Source: Patescibacteria group bacterium
GTDB taxonomy: Bacteria > Patescibacteriota > Minisyncoccia > Phycocordibacterales > BOKC01
Direction of reading: 5' to 3'
DNA: 64,000 bases
NCBI GenBank assembly: GCA_038062955.1
Contig: JBBTWE010000001.1
Coordinates: 453,640 to 517,639, forward strand
In this document: piece after piece, positions 40,348 through 50,947 of the stretch
Numbering within the stretch: the first letter of the stretch is position 1
Layout of the letters: every line of letters begins with the position of its first letter
The notes under the pieces: model-generated
The model's database searches: none
Told to the model about the DNA's origin: nothing
What the model saw: only the letters and a program-made list of their open reading frames with translations
Position numbers and translations under genes: made by a program

Positions 40348-41679
40348 ATGCTGTCCCGATATCTTTGCGTTCAGGAGAGAGATGGTGTTGTGGCGTTATT
40401 CCACGAACTTCATCCCGATCCTATCTTCTGTTCTTTAGATCAGTGGAAAAATCTTCTCGGTGGAATTATTGACGGTATCGAAGCGCTTCTTACTAAACTA
40501 AGAGAGCTCAGACTTATTGTCGATACACCCGAAGATGACGACCGTGAGTTTAAGCTAGTCGCCACTGCTCTTGAGCGTAAGCTCAACCAGCCGACAATCC
40601 TTTATCTCATGACATCTCAGGGTTGCAACTTTGGTTGTAAATACTGTCCTGTGCCGGAAACTGCAAAAAAGTACGGTGAATCGCTCCTTTCTAAAGAAGA
40701 TGCCGTCGCAGGCATTGATCTGTGGCAAGAACACATCACGGATGTGTACGACCCCGCCTTGAGATATTTCGTCATCTTCTATGGTGGCGAACCATTACTC
40801 AACCAAGCAGTGATCAAGGATTCCTTAAAGCATATCAAGACGAAGAAAGACGCCGGCAAATTGCCAGCAGACCTCAACATCATGATTGCAACAAATGGAT
40901 CCTTAGTGAACGCTGAAACCATTGCTTTATGTAAAGAATATGAAGTGATGGTTGCCGTTGGACTCGATGGTCCCAAATCACCAAACGACATACTGAAAGT
41001 GGATAGGGATGGTGCCGGAACGTATGATTTGATCGTCTCGACAATCAAATTACTCGTTCAACACGGAATCAGAACATTCGCATCAGTAAGTATCACACCC
41101 TTCAACATCGAACAGATTGCGGAGTATTCTGAATTTTTCAGTGAATTGGGAGTCGAAAAATTTGGCTTCAATTTTCTGAAGGGTCGACTACTTCTCGAAC
41201 TGGTTGGTCATGATGGTTTGAATAGCTACTATCGGCAGGCTTCGCATGGCATTATCGAGAATGCTCGCCGCCAGAGCAAGCCCGGATTTGAATACCAGAT
41301 GGAGAAGAAGCAAGTTGCTTTCGACAATAAGGATTTCTTCCCTGTCGACTGTACCTGCTATGGAAATCAACTGGTGATCCAACCTGACGGACAGATTTCC
41401 AATTGCCCATTTTTCAAAGCCTGGCTCGGCCAAGCAAGAGAGGTGAGCAAAGATTTTCGCATTTGGGATCAGCCAATCGTCAAGGAATGGCGGAAACGCT
41501 TACCTCTTTATCACTCAGGGCAAGCAAAAGCTATGTGTGGAGGTGGGTGTGCATGGAGTTCAAGCGAACTGAAAGGAAGTCCGCTTGCTGTTGATGATTC
41601 AAGTTCCATCTTTTCAAAGGAAGTACTCAATGAACTCATCTGGTCACGATACGACCGGGCCGAGTCTCAGAAAGCCTAG
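40348..41679 (+). CDS. Radical SAM protein with SPASM/Twitch domain
   Basis: CNFGCKYC, FYGGEPLLN, GLDG; C-terminal C.C..I.PDG.ISNC and CGGGC; N-terminal extension of about 80 aa. Confidence 0.93.
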   Translation: MLSRYLCVQERDGVVALFHELHPDPIFCSLDQWKNLLGGIIDGIEALLTKLRELRLIVDTPEDDDREFKLVATALERKLNQPTILYLMTSQGCNFGCKYCPVPETAKKYGESLLSKEDAVAGIDLWQEHITDVYDPALRYFVIFYGGEPLLNQAVIKDSLKHIKTKKDAGKLPADLNIMIATNGSLVNAETIALCKEYEVMVAVGLDGPKSPNDILKVDRDGAGTYDLIVSTIKLLVQHGIRTFASVSITPFNIEQIAEYSEFFSELGVEKFGFNFLKGRLLLELVGHDGLNSYYRQASHGIIENARRQSKPGFEYQMEKKQVAFDNKDFFPVDCTCYGNQLVIQPDGQISNCPFFKAWLGQAREVSKDFRIWDQPIVKEWRKRLPLYHSGQAKAMCGGGCAWSSSELKGSPLAVDDSSSIFSKEVLNELIWSRYDRAESQKA

Positions 41680-42478
41680 TCTTGGGATTATCGGGGGCTC
41701 GGGAATGTGTGCATTTCCCGAACTCAAGGTAATCTCAAGACTACGGCCTGAGACAAAGTACGGTCTTCCGTCAGACGAAATCGCGATCTGCGAGCATGAC
41801 GGACAACTCATTGCTTTCTTGCCGAGACACGGCTCGAAGCATACGCTGGCACCACACAAGGTGCCGTACAAGGCAAACCTTGCAGCCCTGAAGAAGATCG
41901 GGGTCGAATATGTCATCGGAACCTGTATTGTCGGAAGCCTTAAAAAAGAGATCGCTCCCGGCAGTCTGGTAATCCCTGACCAATTCGTCAATCTAACTTG
42001 GGGTCGTGACGACCATTCAGAGGCAGATGGAGGTTCATTCGTCCATCTGCCAATGGGGGAGCCGTACTGTGGCCACCTTCGCAAGAAGATCATGGAGCAA
42101 TCTGTTGCTACTCAGACAGCAATAATTCCGCAAGGGACGGTTGCTGTGATACAAGGTCCGCGATTCTCAACCACTGCAGAAAGCCGATGGTTTTCTGCGA
42201 ACGGATGGGACATCGTCAACATGACTCAGTATCCAGAGTGCTACTTTGCACGCGAACTCGGACTCTGTTACGCAGCAATTGCAGCGGTAACGGATTACGA
42301 TGTCGGTCTTCAGGAAAATCTTGTCATTGATCCGCGTCACATGGACGCTGTGCTCGTTGTCTTTAAGGACAACATTCGAAAAACAAAGAACTTCTTATTA
42401 GCCTTTATCGAAAGTGCGCTTGGTGATCTTTCGTGCAAATGCGCATCTGTCGTACTAAAGGCCTATTACGAAGCATAG
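41630..42478 (+). CDS. mtnP: S-methyl-5'-thioadenosine phosphorylase (MTAP family)
   Basis: GIIGGSG, FLPRHG, GPRFST.AES, VNMT.YPE, VTDYD; terminator at about 42492-42525. Confidence 0.92.
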   Translation: MNSSGHDTTGPSLRKPSLGIIGGSGMCAFPELKVISRLRPETKYGLPSDEIAICEHDGQLIAFLPRHGSKHTLAPHKVPYKANLAALKKIGVEYVIGTCIVGSLKKEIAPGSLVIPDQFVNLTWGRDDHSEADGGSFVHLPMGEPYCGHLRKKIMEQSVATQTAIIPQGTVAVIQGPRFSTTAESRWFSANGWDIVNMTQYPECYFARELGLCYAAIAAVTDYDVGLQENLVIDPRHMDAVLVVFKDNIRKTKNFLLAFIESALGDLSCKCASVVLKAYYEA

Positions 42479-42622
42479 GTGTGAAAACACTCCCCCGCTG
42501 AAGAATATTCTCAGCGGGGTTTTTATTGACCCACCTTGCTATCATTAGCGTCTCATGTTACTTTATCGTAGGAACAGTACATTTACAGTGTTATAATATG
42601 CCCACAAACAAAGGAGACAATC

Positions 42623-44299
42623 ATGCTACAAGCAAAACACATTCAAAAAAGCTACGGCGCTCTGACTGTGCTTGCTGATGTCTCCTTCTCCTTGGCTAAA
42701 GGGCAGAAGGTGGCATTAGTCGGCGACAACGGGATTGGTAAGACAACTATTCTCAAGATCATTGCCGGACTGACGGAGCCTGACGCTGGCGAGATCGAAC
42801 TCGCCAAGAATACGTACATCGGATATCTCCCGCAGGATACCAGTCTATCGGGCAATGAAACGATCAGTGCGTATTTGAGGCGGATCACAGGCATTGATGC
42901 CCTTGAGCAAAAACTCGAGGCACTTGCTTCTCACCTTGAGGACAAGGCGAAGACGGATGAGTACGGGGACGCACACGAGCAATACGAGCGTCTCGACGGC
43001 TATGCCTTTGAGCATCGCATCAAAGTGATGCTTGCAGGTTTCGGTTTTGATAACATCGGTATTGATCATCGTCTGTCCGGTTTAAGTAGCGGACAGAAAA
43101 GCAAAGTGATGCTAGCGGGGATTCTCCTCAAAGGTGTCGATCTCTTGCTTCTCGATGAGCCGACGAACAATCTTGATCTGCCAGCACTCATCTGGCTTGA
43201 GGATTTCCTCCGGAAGTCCAATGCCGCTTGCATTGTCATTTCTCATGACCGTCGGTTTCTTGACCGAGTTGTGAAGAAAATCTTCGAGCTTGACCGGCAT
43301 ACGCGCGTACTCAACATTTCAGGAGGCACATACAGTGACTATCTTGCAGTGGTGGCGAAGCGCGTTGCTCGACAAAAGGAAGAATATCGACTCCAACAGG
43401 AGGAGATAGAACGCCTTTCCGATCAGGCACGACAGCAGAGAGTTGCTTCGGCTAAGGGGTCAAACTGGCAAGGAAGCGACAATGACAAGTTCTCGCGAGG
43501 TTTCAAGCGAGACCGTGCAGGAAGATCTGGCAGAAAAGCTAAAATACTCGAAAAGCGAATCGATCAGATGGAAAAAGTTGAAAAACTCATCGAACGCGCT
43601 CCGTTTGAGATTCCGCTTAAGGCCGAAGTTGGTCCCGGAACGCTTGATATCCGTCTCCTCGACGTGGTAGCAGGATACACGGACGGCTTCAGTATCGGTC
43701 CTGTGTCATTTGAAGCACGGTATGAGAGCAGAGTTGGCATCATGGGCTTAAACGGTGCCGGGAAGTCAACACTACTCAAGACTATTACCGGCCAACTGGC
43801 GGCACGTAGCGGCACGATCGAGATTGGTTCCGGTGTTAAAATCGGAAACATGATGCAGGAGCATGAAAGCCTGCCTCGTGATTGCACGCTTTTTGAGTTT
43901 CTTAAGGAGCGTGCGGGGCTCAAAGACAACGAGGTCTACAGTCAGCTCGCAAAGTTTGGCCTCCAAGAAGGTCAAGTGAAGCAGCCAATCAGTACTCTGA
44001 GTCCTGGTGGCCGTGCTCGATTGCTTCTGGCCTTATTTTCTGCTCAGTCGGTCAACGTGTTGGTCCTCGACGAGCCTACAAATCACCTCGATCTTGAGGC
44101 GCTCGAAGCTCTAGAGGAAACGATCGAAGCCTATCGAGGAACAATATTGCTCGTGTCTCACGATCGATACTTTCTCGAAAAAGCACGACTTGATTCCACG
44201 TATACATTGTCGGAAGGGGTTCTCACCAAAATTCCTGATTACAAAACGTATGTGGCACAAGCCGAGGAGCGAGCATTGCAGCTCTTGAAGTCACTGTAG
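42623..44299 (+). CDS. ABC-F family ATP-binding protein
   Basis: Two ABC domains (GDNGIGKT, GLNGAGKS; LDEPTN twice), no TM segments, helical linker. Confidence 0.94.
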   Translation: MLQAKHIQKSYGALTVLADVSFSLAKGQKVALVGDNGIGKTTILKIIAGLTEPDAGEIELAKNTYIGYLPQDTSLSGNETISAYLRRITGIDALEQKLEALASHLEDKAKTDEYGDAHEQYERLDGYAFEHRIKVMLAGFGFDNIGIDHRLSGLSSGQKSKVMLAGILLKGVDLLLLDEPTNNLDLPALIWLEDFLRKSNAACIVISHDRRFLDRVVKKIFELDRHTRVLNISGGTYSDYLAVVAKRVARQKEEYRLQQEEIERLSDQARQQRVASAKGSNWQGSDNDKFSRGFKRDRAGRSGRKAKILEKRIDQMEKVEKLIERAPFEIPLKAEVGPGTLDIRLLDVVAGYTDGFSIGPVSFEARYESRVGIMGLNGAGKSTLLKTITGQLAARSGTIEIGSGVKIGNMMQEHESLPRDCTLFEFLKERAGLKDNEVYSQLAKFGLQEGQVKQPISTLSPGGRARLLLALFSAQSVNVLVLDEPTNHLDLEALEALEETIEAYRGTILLVSHDRYFLEKARLDSTYTLSEGVLTKIPDYKTYVAQAEERALQLLKSL

Positions 44300-44347
44300 T
44301 TCATGAACCCGGGAGAGCGAAAGCTTTTCCCGGGTTCTTTTTTAACC

Positions 44348-44989
44348 ATGATCAAATCAGAACGTATAGCGAAAAGAATAAGCCAAGAAATAAAAGTGTG
44401 GAAGAAAAACCATGCTAAATTAGTCGTGGCTATTGATGGATATGCTGGCTCTGGAAAAACCACTGTAGCTGATTTCATTGCAAAGCAAAATAGCGATATC
44501 TTAGTGGTACATATTGATGATTTTATTAATCATTGGGAGAACAGAAAACAGATGATAGACAGTGCCAAAGATAAATCAAAAATCTTTGAATATAATTGGT
44601 ATCGATATGACGACATGAAAAGACTCATCGAAGAATTTTTGAATAAAAAGATTGGGACAATTCAATTTCAAACATACGATTATATTAAAAATGATTTTGG
44701 TCCAGAACAATCATTTGATCTTTCAAAGAAAATTTTACTGATAGATGGAATATTTCTATTTCATCCTAAACACCCGATAATTAAGTTGATGGATAAAAAG
44801 ATTTATCTTGACGCTAATTTCGATAAAGCAGATAAAAAAAGAATTTTGAGAGAAAAAAATAAATTGGGCAAATCACACGTTCCTGAGAATCATCCAGATA
44901 ACTGGATTCAATATTTTAAGATAGCTTATAAAAGATATATAAAAGAATATAATCCTGCGAAAAAAGCAGATTTAGTTTTTCGGGTTTAA
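44348..44989 (+). CDS. Uridine kinase-like P-loop kinase
   Basis: VAIDGYAGSGKTT, HIDDF, IDGIFL. Confidence 0.85.
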   Translation: MIKSERIAKRISQEIKVWKKNHAKLVVAIDGYAGSGKTTVADFIAKQNSDILVVHIDDFINHWENRKQMIDSAKDKSKIFEYNWYRYDDMKRLIEEFLNKKIGTIQFQTYDYIKNDFGPEQSFDLSKKILLIDGIFLFHPKHPIIKLMDKKIYLDANFDKADKKRILREKNKLGKSHVPENHPDNWIQYFKIAYKRYIKEYNPAKKADLVFRV

Positions 44990-45019
44990 ATCAAAAGTTA
45001 TAAAATAACTGTTCTAATC

Positions 45020-45418
45020 ATGCTCAAACCAAAACGTATAGCCCGAGGAATAATTCTGAATAATGACAAGATATTGCTCTGCAAAAACCTGAAACACGGC
45101 TCTTATTTTTTGCCTGGCGGTCATATAGAAAATGAAGAATCTGCTCAAAATGCTCTTGCAAGAGAGGTACGAGAAGAGATGGGTAAAGTTGTTTTATCAA
45201 GCAAGAAAATATCTGGGGTTGAAAATACTTTTACAGAAGACGACATCGAACACAGAGAGGTTATTTATTTGTACTCTGTAGAACTCCAAGATTATGAAAA
45301 CATTAAAAGCTTAGAAGATCACATCGATTTTGAGTGGATATTGATCACTGATTTTTCAAAGATCAATTTCAGACCAGAAAAAATGACTCGGGTTGTACTT
45401 AAAAATATAAAAAAATAA
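45020..45418 (+). CDS. NUDIX hydrolase
   Basis: PGGHIENEESAQNALAREVREEMG. Confidence 0.92.
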   Translation: MLKPKRIARGIILNNDKILLCKNLKHGSYFLPGGHIENEESAQNALAREVREEMGKVVLSSKKISGVENTFTEDDIEHREVIYLYSVELQDYENIKSLEDHIDFEWILITDFSKINFRPEKMTRVVLKNIKK

Positions 45419-45892
45419 ATGCCAAAAAAATTTACGGAAGAAGAATACGCTAAAATTCTCCCAAAGAAGCGAGTTGGAGCAGGAGTTTTATTTTTTAACA
45501 CAAAGGGTGAACTACTTATTGTAAAACCGGATTATAGAAAAGAGTGGCTTGTACCAGGAGGAGTCACTGACGAAAATGAATCTCCACTTCACTCTGCGGT
45601 TAGAGAAGTAAAAGAAGAGATCGGGCTTGATGTGACAGAATTAAAATTGGTGGGAGTATATTACGGACCGAAAAATGGAATTTTCACTGATTCGCTTAAA
45701 TTCATCTTTTCAGGTGGTGTTTTAACTGAAGATCAGATTGCTCGCATTAAATTGCAAAAGGAAGAATTGGAAGAATACAGATTCGTTTCCATAGAAAACG
45801 CACTATCCGTTTTATCTATAAGTTTACAGAAAAGCATACCAGCATGTTTAAAAGCTATTAAAAATAAAACGGTCGCTTATATAGAAATATAG
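45419..45892 (+). CDS. NUDIX hydrolase
   Basis: PGGVTDENESPLHSAVREVKEEIG. Confidence 0.92.
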   Translation: MPKKFTEEEYAKILPKKRVGAGVLFFNTKGELLIVKPDYRKEWLVPGGVTDENESPLHSAVREVKEEIGLDVTELKLVGVYYGPKNGIFTDSLKFIFSGGVLTEDQIARIKLQKEELEEYRFVSIENALSVLSISLQKSIPACLKAIKNKTVAYIEI

Positions 45893-45914
45893 ATTACTGA
45901 GTGAACAGAAAAAA

Positions 45915-46151
45915 TTAAACTTTGAGTTTCGTTTCTACCACACGCATTTTGTCTTCCAACCTCTCCATCCTGTTTTCCAATCCCCTAATTAAAAGATTTT
46001 CAATCCTATCCAATCTTTCTTCGACTTTATCGAATCTCTTATCTACCTGTTCAAACCTTTCATCTACCTTATCGAACCTTTCATCAACATTCTTAAACCC
46101 TTTCTGAGTCATCACGGCTAAATCTTCAATTGTCATTTTCTTTTTTATCAT
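45915..46151 (-). CDS. Small coiled-coil protein with heptad repeats (VDERFDK-type)
   Basis: 21-nt tandem repeats encode VDERFDK/VDERFEQ/VDKRFDK/VEERLDR. Confidence 0.8.
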   Translation of the reverse strand: MIKKKMTIEDLAVMTQKGFKNVDERFDKVDERFEQVDKRFDKVEERLDRIENLLIRGLENRMERLEDKMRVVETKLKV

Positions 46152-46214
46152 ATTTGAAGATATTTTAACATATCTAGACCTACGGAGAAAATAGAGATAA
46201 AAGTGTAAATTTCA

Positions 46215-48017
46215 CTACTGGTGCAGGCCGATTTGGAGTTCATAGAGCTTTCTGTATTCCCCATTTTCTATTTTTAGAAGTTCGTCGTGATTGCCTCTCT
46301 CTACTATCGTTCCGTCTTTAAACACAAAAATTTTATCTGCTTTTCGGACAGTACTCAAGCGATGAGCAATGATGAAAGTGGTTTTGCCTTTCATAAGTTT
46401 TTCGAGAGACTCAGTGATTATTTTTTCTGATCCGGCATCGAGAGCAGAAGTTGGTTCATCGAGAACAAGTATTTTTGGATTTCTTAAAATTGCACGAGCA
46501 ATCGCGATCCTTTGTTTTTGACCAACAGAAAGTTTAATCCCTCGCTCCCCCACAATTTGCTCCCATTTAAGAGGAAATTTTTCGATAAATTCCAAGGCAT
46601 GTGCTTTTCGAGCGGCATCTATAATCTCTTTATCACTCGCATTGAAATTGCCGTATTTGATGTTCATTTCTATTGTGTCATTAAACAAAACGACTTCTTG
46701 CGGCACTACAGCAATCTGAGAACGGAGACTCCGTAAATTAATATTCCCTATTCTTTGTCCATCGATTAGAATTTGGCCTTTATCGGGAAAATGATAAGCC
46801 GAAATAAGGTCAATAAGAGTGCTTTTGCCCACTCCCGATTCGCCAACCAAAGCTATTACTTCCCCAGACTTCACAGAAAAAGAAACATCTTGCAGAACAG
46901 TTTTGTCTGCCTCATAAGAAAAATAGGTATTTTTAAATTCTATATCTCCTTTCAAATTGAGCTTAATGCTTCCGTGAGAGTCATAGTTCTCTGGTGAAAG
47001 TCCAAGAATCTTTTCGGTTTCTTGTAAATTTACAATGCCATTATGAATAGTTTGCCAACTACGAACAATCGCGATAAACGGTCCAAAAACCATTGCCGCA
47101 TAAGCATTAAAAGCCAAGAGTTCACCTATGGTCATATCTCCTTTCGAAATATAAAATACGGAAAGCACAAAGATCACTACTTGGGTAAATAAAATAATAA
47201 ACCGCTGAAAAAGCGTAAGGATACCCCAAATTTTAGTTATGGATACCCATGGAGACATCGCCCCACTCATACTATTTTCAATCCTCTCACCCTCATACAC
47301 TTCTGCACTAGCTTGCTTAACGGCCAAAGTATTTTCTGTGGCGTCATAGGCAATACCGAATGATTTTGATATTTTATCGTGATATTCTTTCTGGTGACCT
47401 CCGAGCGGCTGCACTTTTCGAAGAAGAACAAGTATGTAGATTATGAGCCCAGCAATCAAAACACAAGCGAGTACAGGTTTAATATAAAAAGCAACAATAA
47501 AAGCAATCAGAATACTGAGAATTTGTGGGGCAAGATCGATAATAATATTGCCAGTCAACACTTCAAGAGCATATGCTGATTGAGTAATTTTACTGCCGAT
47601 TTCTCCAATTTTTTGTTTTTTATGAAAAGAGATAGGTAACGTTAAAAGAAATCCGAAGCCTTTAGCAATATAATCCGACCACACGTAGAAACCCAAATAT
47701 TCGCTCATTAAATTAAGTCGCCAATCTAAAACATAAGTAATAAGTTGAATGACAAACCACGTCAAAAGTAAAATTGCGTAAAACGGAAAGACAACATCCA
47801 AAATACTGATCGAGGTTCGAACAATTATTGAATCAAAAAATTTACCAATAATAAAAGGGATTAAGCCATTTCCAATAGCAGAAAAGATACCCATCAAACT
47901 TAAAGAGATGAGATGTTTTTTATATTGACTCAAATAGGAAATTAAAATTTTAAAGCCAGTATATAGGCCTTCTTTGGTCAATTTTTCTATTTCTGTTTTG
48001 TCTTGATCCTGTGTCAT
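46215..48017 (-). CDS. ABC exporter, fused permease/ATPase (MsbA-like)
   Basis: 6 TM segments plus GESGVGKS, LSVGQKQR, LDEPTSALD. Confidence 0.93.
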   Translation of the reverse strand: MTQDQDKTEIEKLTKEGLYTGFKILISYLSQYKKHLISLSLMGIFSAIGNGLIPFIIGKFFDSIIVRTSISILDVVFPFYAILLLTWFVIQLITYVLDWRLNLMSEYLGFYVWSDYIAKGFGFLLTLPISFHKKQKIGEIGSKITQSAYALEVLTGNIIIDLAPQILSILIAFIVAFYIKPVLACVLIAGLIIYILVLLRKVQPLGGHQKEYHDKISKSFGIAYDATENTLAVKQASAEVYEGERIENSMSGAMSPWVSITKIWGILTLFQRFIILFTQVVIFVLSVFYISKGDMTIGELLAFNAYAAMVFGPFIAIVRSWQTIHNGIVNLQETEKILGLSPENYDSHGSIKLNLKGDIEFKNTYFSYEADKTVLQDVSFSVKSGEVIALVGESGVGKSTLIDLISAYHFPDKGQILIDGQRIGNINLRSLRSQIAVVPQEVVLFNDTIEMNIKYGNFNASDKEIIDAARKAHALEFIEKFPLKWEQIVGERGIKLSVGQKQRIAIARAILRNPKILVLDEPTSALDAGSEKIITESLEKLMKGKTTFIIAHRLSTVRKADKIFVFKDGTIVERGNHDELLKIENGEYRKLYELQIGLHQ

Positions 48018-48046
48018 TCAAAGGATAATACCACAAGAAAAAGAAA

Positions 48047-48616
48047 TTAGTCTTTTGAGATGGTTTTAATGAATTGTTTTATATTTTTAATCGACTTATT
48101 TAGCACAGCATCATAAATTTCTTGTCCTGAAATATCCAAATTATGATCATTCCTATATTTTTTGAACGATAAAATTAATTCTCTTTGCTCACCTGTTAGA
48201 ACAACGTCGCCGATATTTAGAAATTTCTTTTTTCGATCTTCAAATTCTGCTCTTCCCACAAACCAAATATCTACTTTCCATTTTTCTTCCCCCAATCTTT
48301 GTTTTAAACCTATGTAATGTCCATGGGGAAATTCAGCGCCTTTACGACTATCATCCCAATCACCTTTTATAAAATAACTTCTAAACTTACCTTTCAAATA
48401 AAGAAATTTCAGTATATCCAAAACTTCTTCCGCTAAATAAGGATTTTCTCGAACAACGGTAATATCAATATCACCATGCATCATAACGTTCCCTGCATAA
48501 GCACCGGAAAAGAAAACATCACCAAAACTCTTCAGCTGACTGATAAGATCTGTCTCCTGTAGCAAAATATCTGCATTATTTTTAAACTTTCCGCTTGTTT
48601 GAGAGAGTTGAGACAT
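48047..48616 (-). CDS. Nucleotidyltransferase-fold hypothetical protein
   Basis: GAY...M..GDIDI and WKVDIW, a Pol-beta-type GS/DxD pattern. Confidence 0.65.
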   Translation of the reverse strand: MSQLSQTSGKFKNNADILLQETDLISQLKSFGDVFFSGAYAGNVMMHGDIDITVVRENPYLAEEVLDILKFLYLKGKFRSYFIKGDWDDSRKGAEFPHGHYIGLKQRLGEEKWKVDIWFVGRAEFEDRKKKFLNIGDVVLTGEQRELILSFKKYRNDHNLDISGQEIYDAVLNKSIKNIKQFIKTISKD

Positions 48617-48692
48617 ATATCTATTATACTACTTTGTCTTTTTCTATAAAAAGTTATAATGAAAGGCGGGAGTAAGCCTTAAATTAACTTAC

Positions 48693-49787
48693 ATGAACAT
48701 ATCAAGTAAAACATTTTTATATTTTGGGATTATTCTGCTCGGTGTAAGTGGATTTTTTTTCACCATATTCCTCCCCTACCCTACAGGTTTTTACGCTTTC
48801 GTTGTCATGGCTGCGCTCGGAGGATTCTCCGTTTCCGCAAATGTTTGGCACACCAAGAAAAATCACAAAGAATTGGTCTGTCCTACCGGCTCTAATTGCA
48901 ACGTTGTCGTAAACAGTAGATATTCAAAGTTTTTTGGAATCCGCCTCGAATATATGGGGATGGCTTATTTTGCAATAATTATCTTGGGTTATTTAGCTCT
49001 TATTCTCTTCCCAGAATTTTTCGTTGGTGGCCGTCTCATCGCGCTTGCCATGCTTACAATCGCCGCCGCTCTCTTCTCCTGCTATTTGCTCTTCGTCCAG
49101 GCCGTTCTTTTGCGTTCCTGGTGCATTTGGTGCGTATTGGCTTCAATGATGTCTCTCACTGTATTTTTTATTTCACTTATAAGTCTTCCGCTTGCTACAG
49201 GTTTTCTCACAAGCATAGAAAATATAATTGTAATGCTTCAATTCCTGGGCTTCGTCTTGGGAATGGGTGGAGCTACTTCAGCTGTGTTCCTGTTTTTAAA
49301 CAATTTTCTCAAAGACTCAAGTATTGATGAAGATGAACTCAAAACTCTACAGAGTTTTTATGAATTAGTTTGGTTTGGGTTTGGACTTGTTCTTATAAGT
49401 CAATTTGCAATGTATGTGACCGCACCGGGAATTTTATCAGAATCTCCAACCTTTATTATGAGAATTATTTCCTTGATGGTTTCGGGCTTCTCCGGCGCGC
49501 TTCTTATGATAATTTTTGCTCCATTTTTGGTATTCGTACCATTCGTCAAACCAGAATCAAAACCTCACGGCTCATGGCTTCTTAAACTTCGCACTCCAAT
49601 TTTCGTAGTTGGCGCTGTTGCTCTGGCTTCTTGGTACTTTGCCTTTGCCACCCACTTTATGCCAACGAGATATAATATAGATACACTTATCATCGTTTAT
49701 CTCATTTTCTTAGGTCTGGCAGTAATCGCAGGTCTTCTTTGGGAAGAAATCGTGGGCCGAAGCTCACAACAAATAACAAAAGACTAA
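48693..49787 (+). CDS. Vitamin K epoxide reductase family protein with extra membrane domain
   Basis: CPTGSNCNVVVNSRYS and WCIWC. Confidence 0.88.
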   Translation: MNISSKTFLYFGIILLGVSGFFFTIFLPYPTGFYAFVVMAALGGFSVSANVWHTKKNHKELVCPTGSNCNVVVNSRYSKFFGIRLEYMGMAYFAIIILGYLALILFPEFFVGGRLIALAMLTIAAALFSCYLLFVQAVLLRSWCIWCVLASMMSLTVFFISLISLPLATGFLTSIENIIVMLQFLGFVLGMGGATSAVFLFLNNFLKDSSIDEDELKTLQSFYELVWFGFGLVLISQFAMYVTAPGILSESPTFIMRIISLMVSGFSGALLMIIFAPFLVFVPFVKPESKPHGSWLLKLRTPIFVVGAVALASWYFAFATHFMPTRYNIDTLIIVYLIFLGLAVIAGLLWEEIVGRSSQQITKD

Positions 49788-49866
49788 TCACTATAACCTC
49801 ATAAAACTAAAACACCCGCCAGCAGTGGCGGATGTTTTAATTTGATTCACTAAAATCAAAGAGACC

Positions 49867-49994
49867 TAAATTCTTTTATTTTTGAATGCAGTACGAGGCG
49901 ACAAGGAGCAAAAAAGTGAAATGTATGTAGTAATACTTTGAACTTTTTTGCGACGCAGTCAACAAAGTAATGCGTCAAAAATAAAAGAATTTTA
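49867..49994. repeat. Palindromic element (variant shell + module E)
   Basis: Near-identical to 8622-8749; overlaps the stop codon of the 50-aa gene. Confidence 0.88.
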
Positions 49995-50144
49995 TTGTAC
50001 TGGGTTTTTCCCCTGTATAACTCTCACCAAAAACATGATAATCGCAACAACAAGGAGAACGTGAATAAACCAACCAATAGCGTAAACCCCAACAACTCCC
50101 AAAAACCAAAGAATTAGTAAAATGATTGCAATTGTAGTCAACAT
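49992..50144 (-). CDS. lmo0937-family small membrane protein (50 aa; not in ORF track)
   Basis: MLTTIAIILLILWFLGVVGVYAIGWFIHVLLVVAIIMFLVRVIQGKNPVQ. Confidence 0.88.
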   Translation of the reverse strand: MLTTIAIILLILWFLGVVGVYAIGWFIHVLLVVAIIMFLVRVIQGKNPVQ

Positions 50145-50223
50145 GTTTATTTTGTAATTAATAGTTAATAAATCTATTTTAACTCTAACACGTTTCTATT
50201 CACTACAACATTGATGTTGGTGT

Positions 50224-50862
50224 TTATATCTTTTTCTTGAAGATTCGATACCCTATATAAGCTAGAAAAATAACTATCAGGCCTATGATTATGGCGTTTT
50301 CTGCCAAATCTATCTGTTCCGCATAAATTTTATATAAAGATCCAGCTTGCCATCCTACAATTCCTAAGATTGTCGCTCTTATGAAAGTACCTAAAAATGT
50401 ACAAATAATATATTTCAAAATTGAAATTCTCATGATACCAGAAAGAGCGCTTATGACGACAGAAGGAACTATAGGAACAGCTCGCAAAGCAAAAAGAGTG
50501 AGAGAATCTGCTTGCTTAGAAGCAAACTTGGCTTCAGTTTCTTCAACTGATTGCCATGAAACTCCCACATATTTCCCATATTTTTTCAAAAACGGTTTAC
50601 CTGCAAAATAAGCCAGAGTGTAAATAAATAAAGATCCAATAGTAACCCCTATTGTGGCTGGCAAAACAACAAACATCATGAGATATCCGAGCGAAGAGAC
50701 ATTTATGGGCAAACCATCCATAAAAGAAAACCCTGCTCCCATTATAACTAGACTTGATGGAATCGGAGCAATAACTTCTTCAACAATAGATGCGAGAAAA
50801 ACCCCCCAAGCGCCATAGGTAACAAAAAGATTTTCTGCGAAAATTACTAGTTGGGAAATCAT
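50224..50862 (-). CDS. DedA/VTT family membrane protein
   Basis: EEVIAPIPS, GSLFIY..G, RAVP.VP. Confidence 0.9.
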   Translation of the reverse strand: MISQLVIFAENLFVTYGAWGVFLASIVEEVIAPIPSSLVIMGAGFSFMDGLPINVSSLGYLMMFVVLPATIGVTIGSLFIYTLAYFAGKPFLKKYGKYVGVSWQSVEETEAKFASKQADSLTLFALRAVPIVPSVVISALSGIMRISILKYIICTFLGTFIRATILGIVGWQAGSLYKIYAEQIDLAENAIIIGLIVIFLAYIGYRIFKKKI

Positions 50863-50874
50863 TTTAAAAAAGTA

Positions 50875-50947
50875 GATTCAAGATTCATGATACAAGAATC
50901 AAGACTTAAAAATTTAGAAGAAGATTCCTATTCATGAATCGTGAATC
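50875..50947. repeat. Heptamer-based palindromic tract (gattcaa/gattcat ... atgaatc/gtgaatc)
   Basis: Degenerate 7-mers with inverted copies; similar to the tract at about 10267-10297. Confidence 0.6.
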
